Shown here one piece after another: positions 63,636-64,000 of a stretch of DNA of 64,000 nucleotides. The DNA comes from Bigelowiella natans CCMP2755 (Eukaryota > Protista > Cercozoa). Numbering within the stretch: position 1 is the stretch's first letter; each line of letters starts with the position of its first letter. The notes under the pieces are model-generated. The model was not told the DNA's origin, did no database searches, and saw nothing but the letters and a program-made list of their open reading frames with translations. The DNA lies in assembly GCA_000320545.1 (NCBI GenBank), contig ADNK01000427.1, positions 1-64,000 on the forward strand, in the 5' to 3' direction. The position numbers and the translations under genes are program-made.

Positions 63636-64000
63636 AATGTCACAATGCAGGTGTTCAGGTCAAGTGTCTCAAGCCATGGGCACCCTGAACGACTGAGCGA
63701 GACTGCAGACGGGGGACGACATTTTTGGCAAAAATAGTGAACGATGGAAACACCCACTTCGCAGTTAGTTGTGGTTTTACGATGTGCGACTGACTACGTA
63801 GTAGCAGGAATGCGTCGCACTTTAGGAGTTCTTGCCCTAAACAAACCATCCTCGTCGCATAACAATTGGGATAATTTGTAGCCCGCTGTAGCCAAAAAAT
63901 CGCCGATGATGATGCACATGAGCTTGCTGTTGCTTGGTTGTAAATCACCGCAGCGCAAGAAGTGGTTCCAGCTGGACTTCTCTCAGATTTTTCGCAGATG

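Noticed and set aside
1-64000. tRNA/rRNA genes
   Set aside because: No cloverleaf with convincing D and T arms and no rRNA signature seen by eye; tRNAscan-SE/Infernal would be needed to exclude them

Overview
Gene-dense, intron-rich nuclear DNA from a eukaryotic protist. Flagellar genes, short GT-AG introns and signal+transit-like leaders suggest a flagellate alga with a secondary plastid, such as a chlorarachniophyte (inference). I can reconstruct about 22 protein-coding genes: WD40 dynein-IC-like, kinesin, cysteine synthase, Gly/Tyr-rich secreted protein, G-beta, MLLE+PHAX protein, DOMON protein, mitochondrial carrier, M3 peptidase, GT8, WW-myosin-MyTH4, BOP1, p28/DNALI1, EF-hand protein, TRF4/TUTase-like, CEP162, PABPN1, LplA, PWP1, MetF-like, RSPH4/6 and an MFS transporter. 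Genes alternate strand almost perfectly (19 of 21 junctions). The most striking signal is non-coding. Repeats and tail-to-tail spacers have lost TpA dinucleotides to TpG/CpA, sparing CTAG. By manual reading, no TpA other than CTAG occurs across about 1.3 kb (23794-25128). Aligned repeat copies show the same substitutions, which points to a repeat-targeted A:T-to-G:C hypermutation process, the mirror image of fungal RIP. Gene boundaries were spliced by eye and are approximate.
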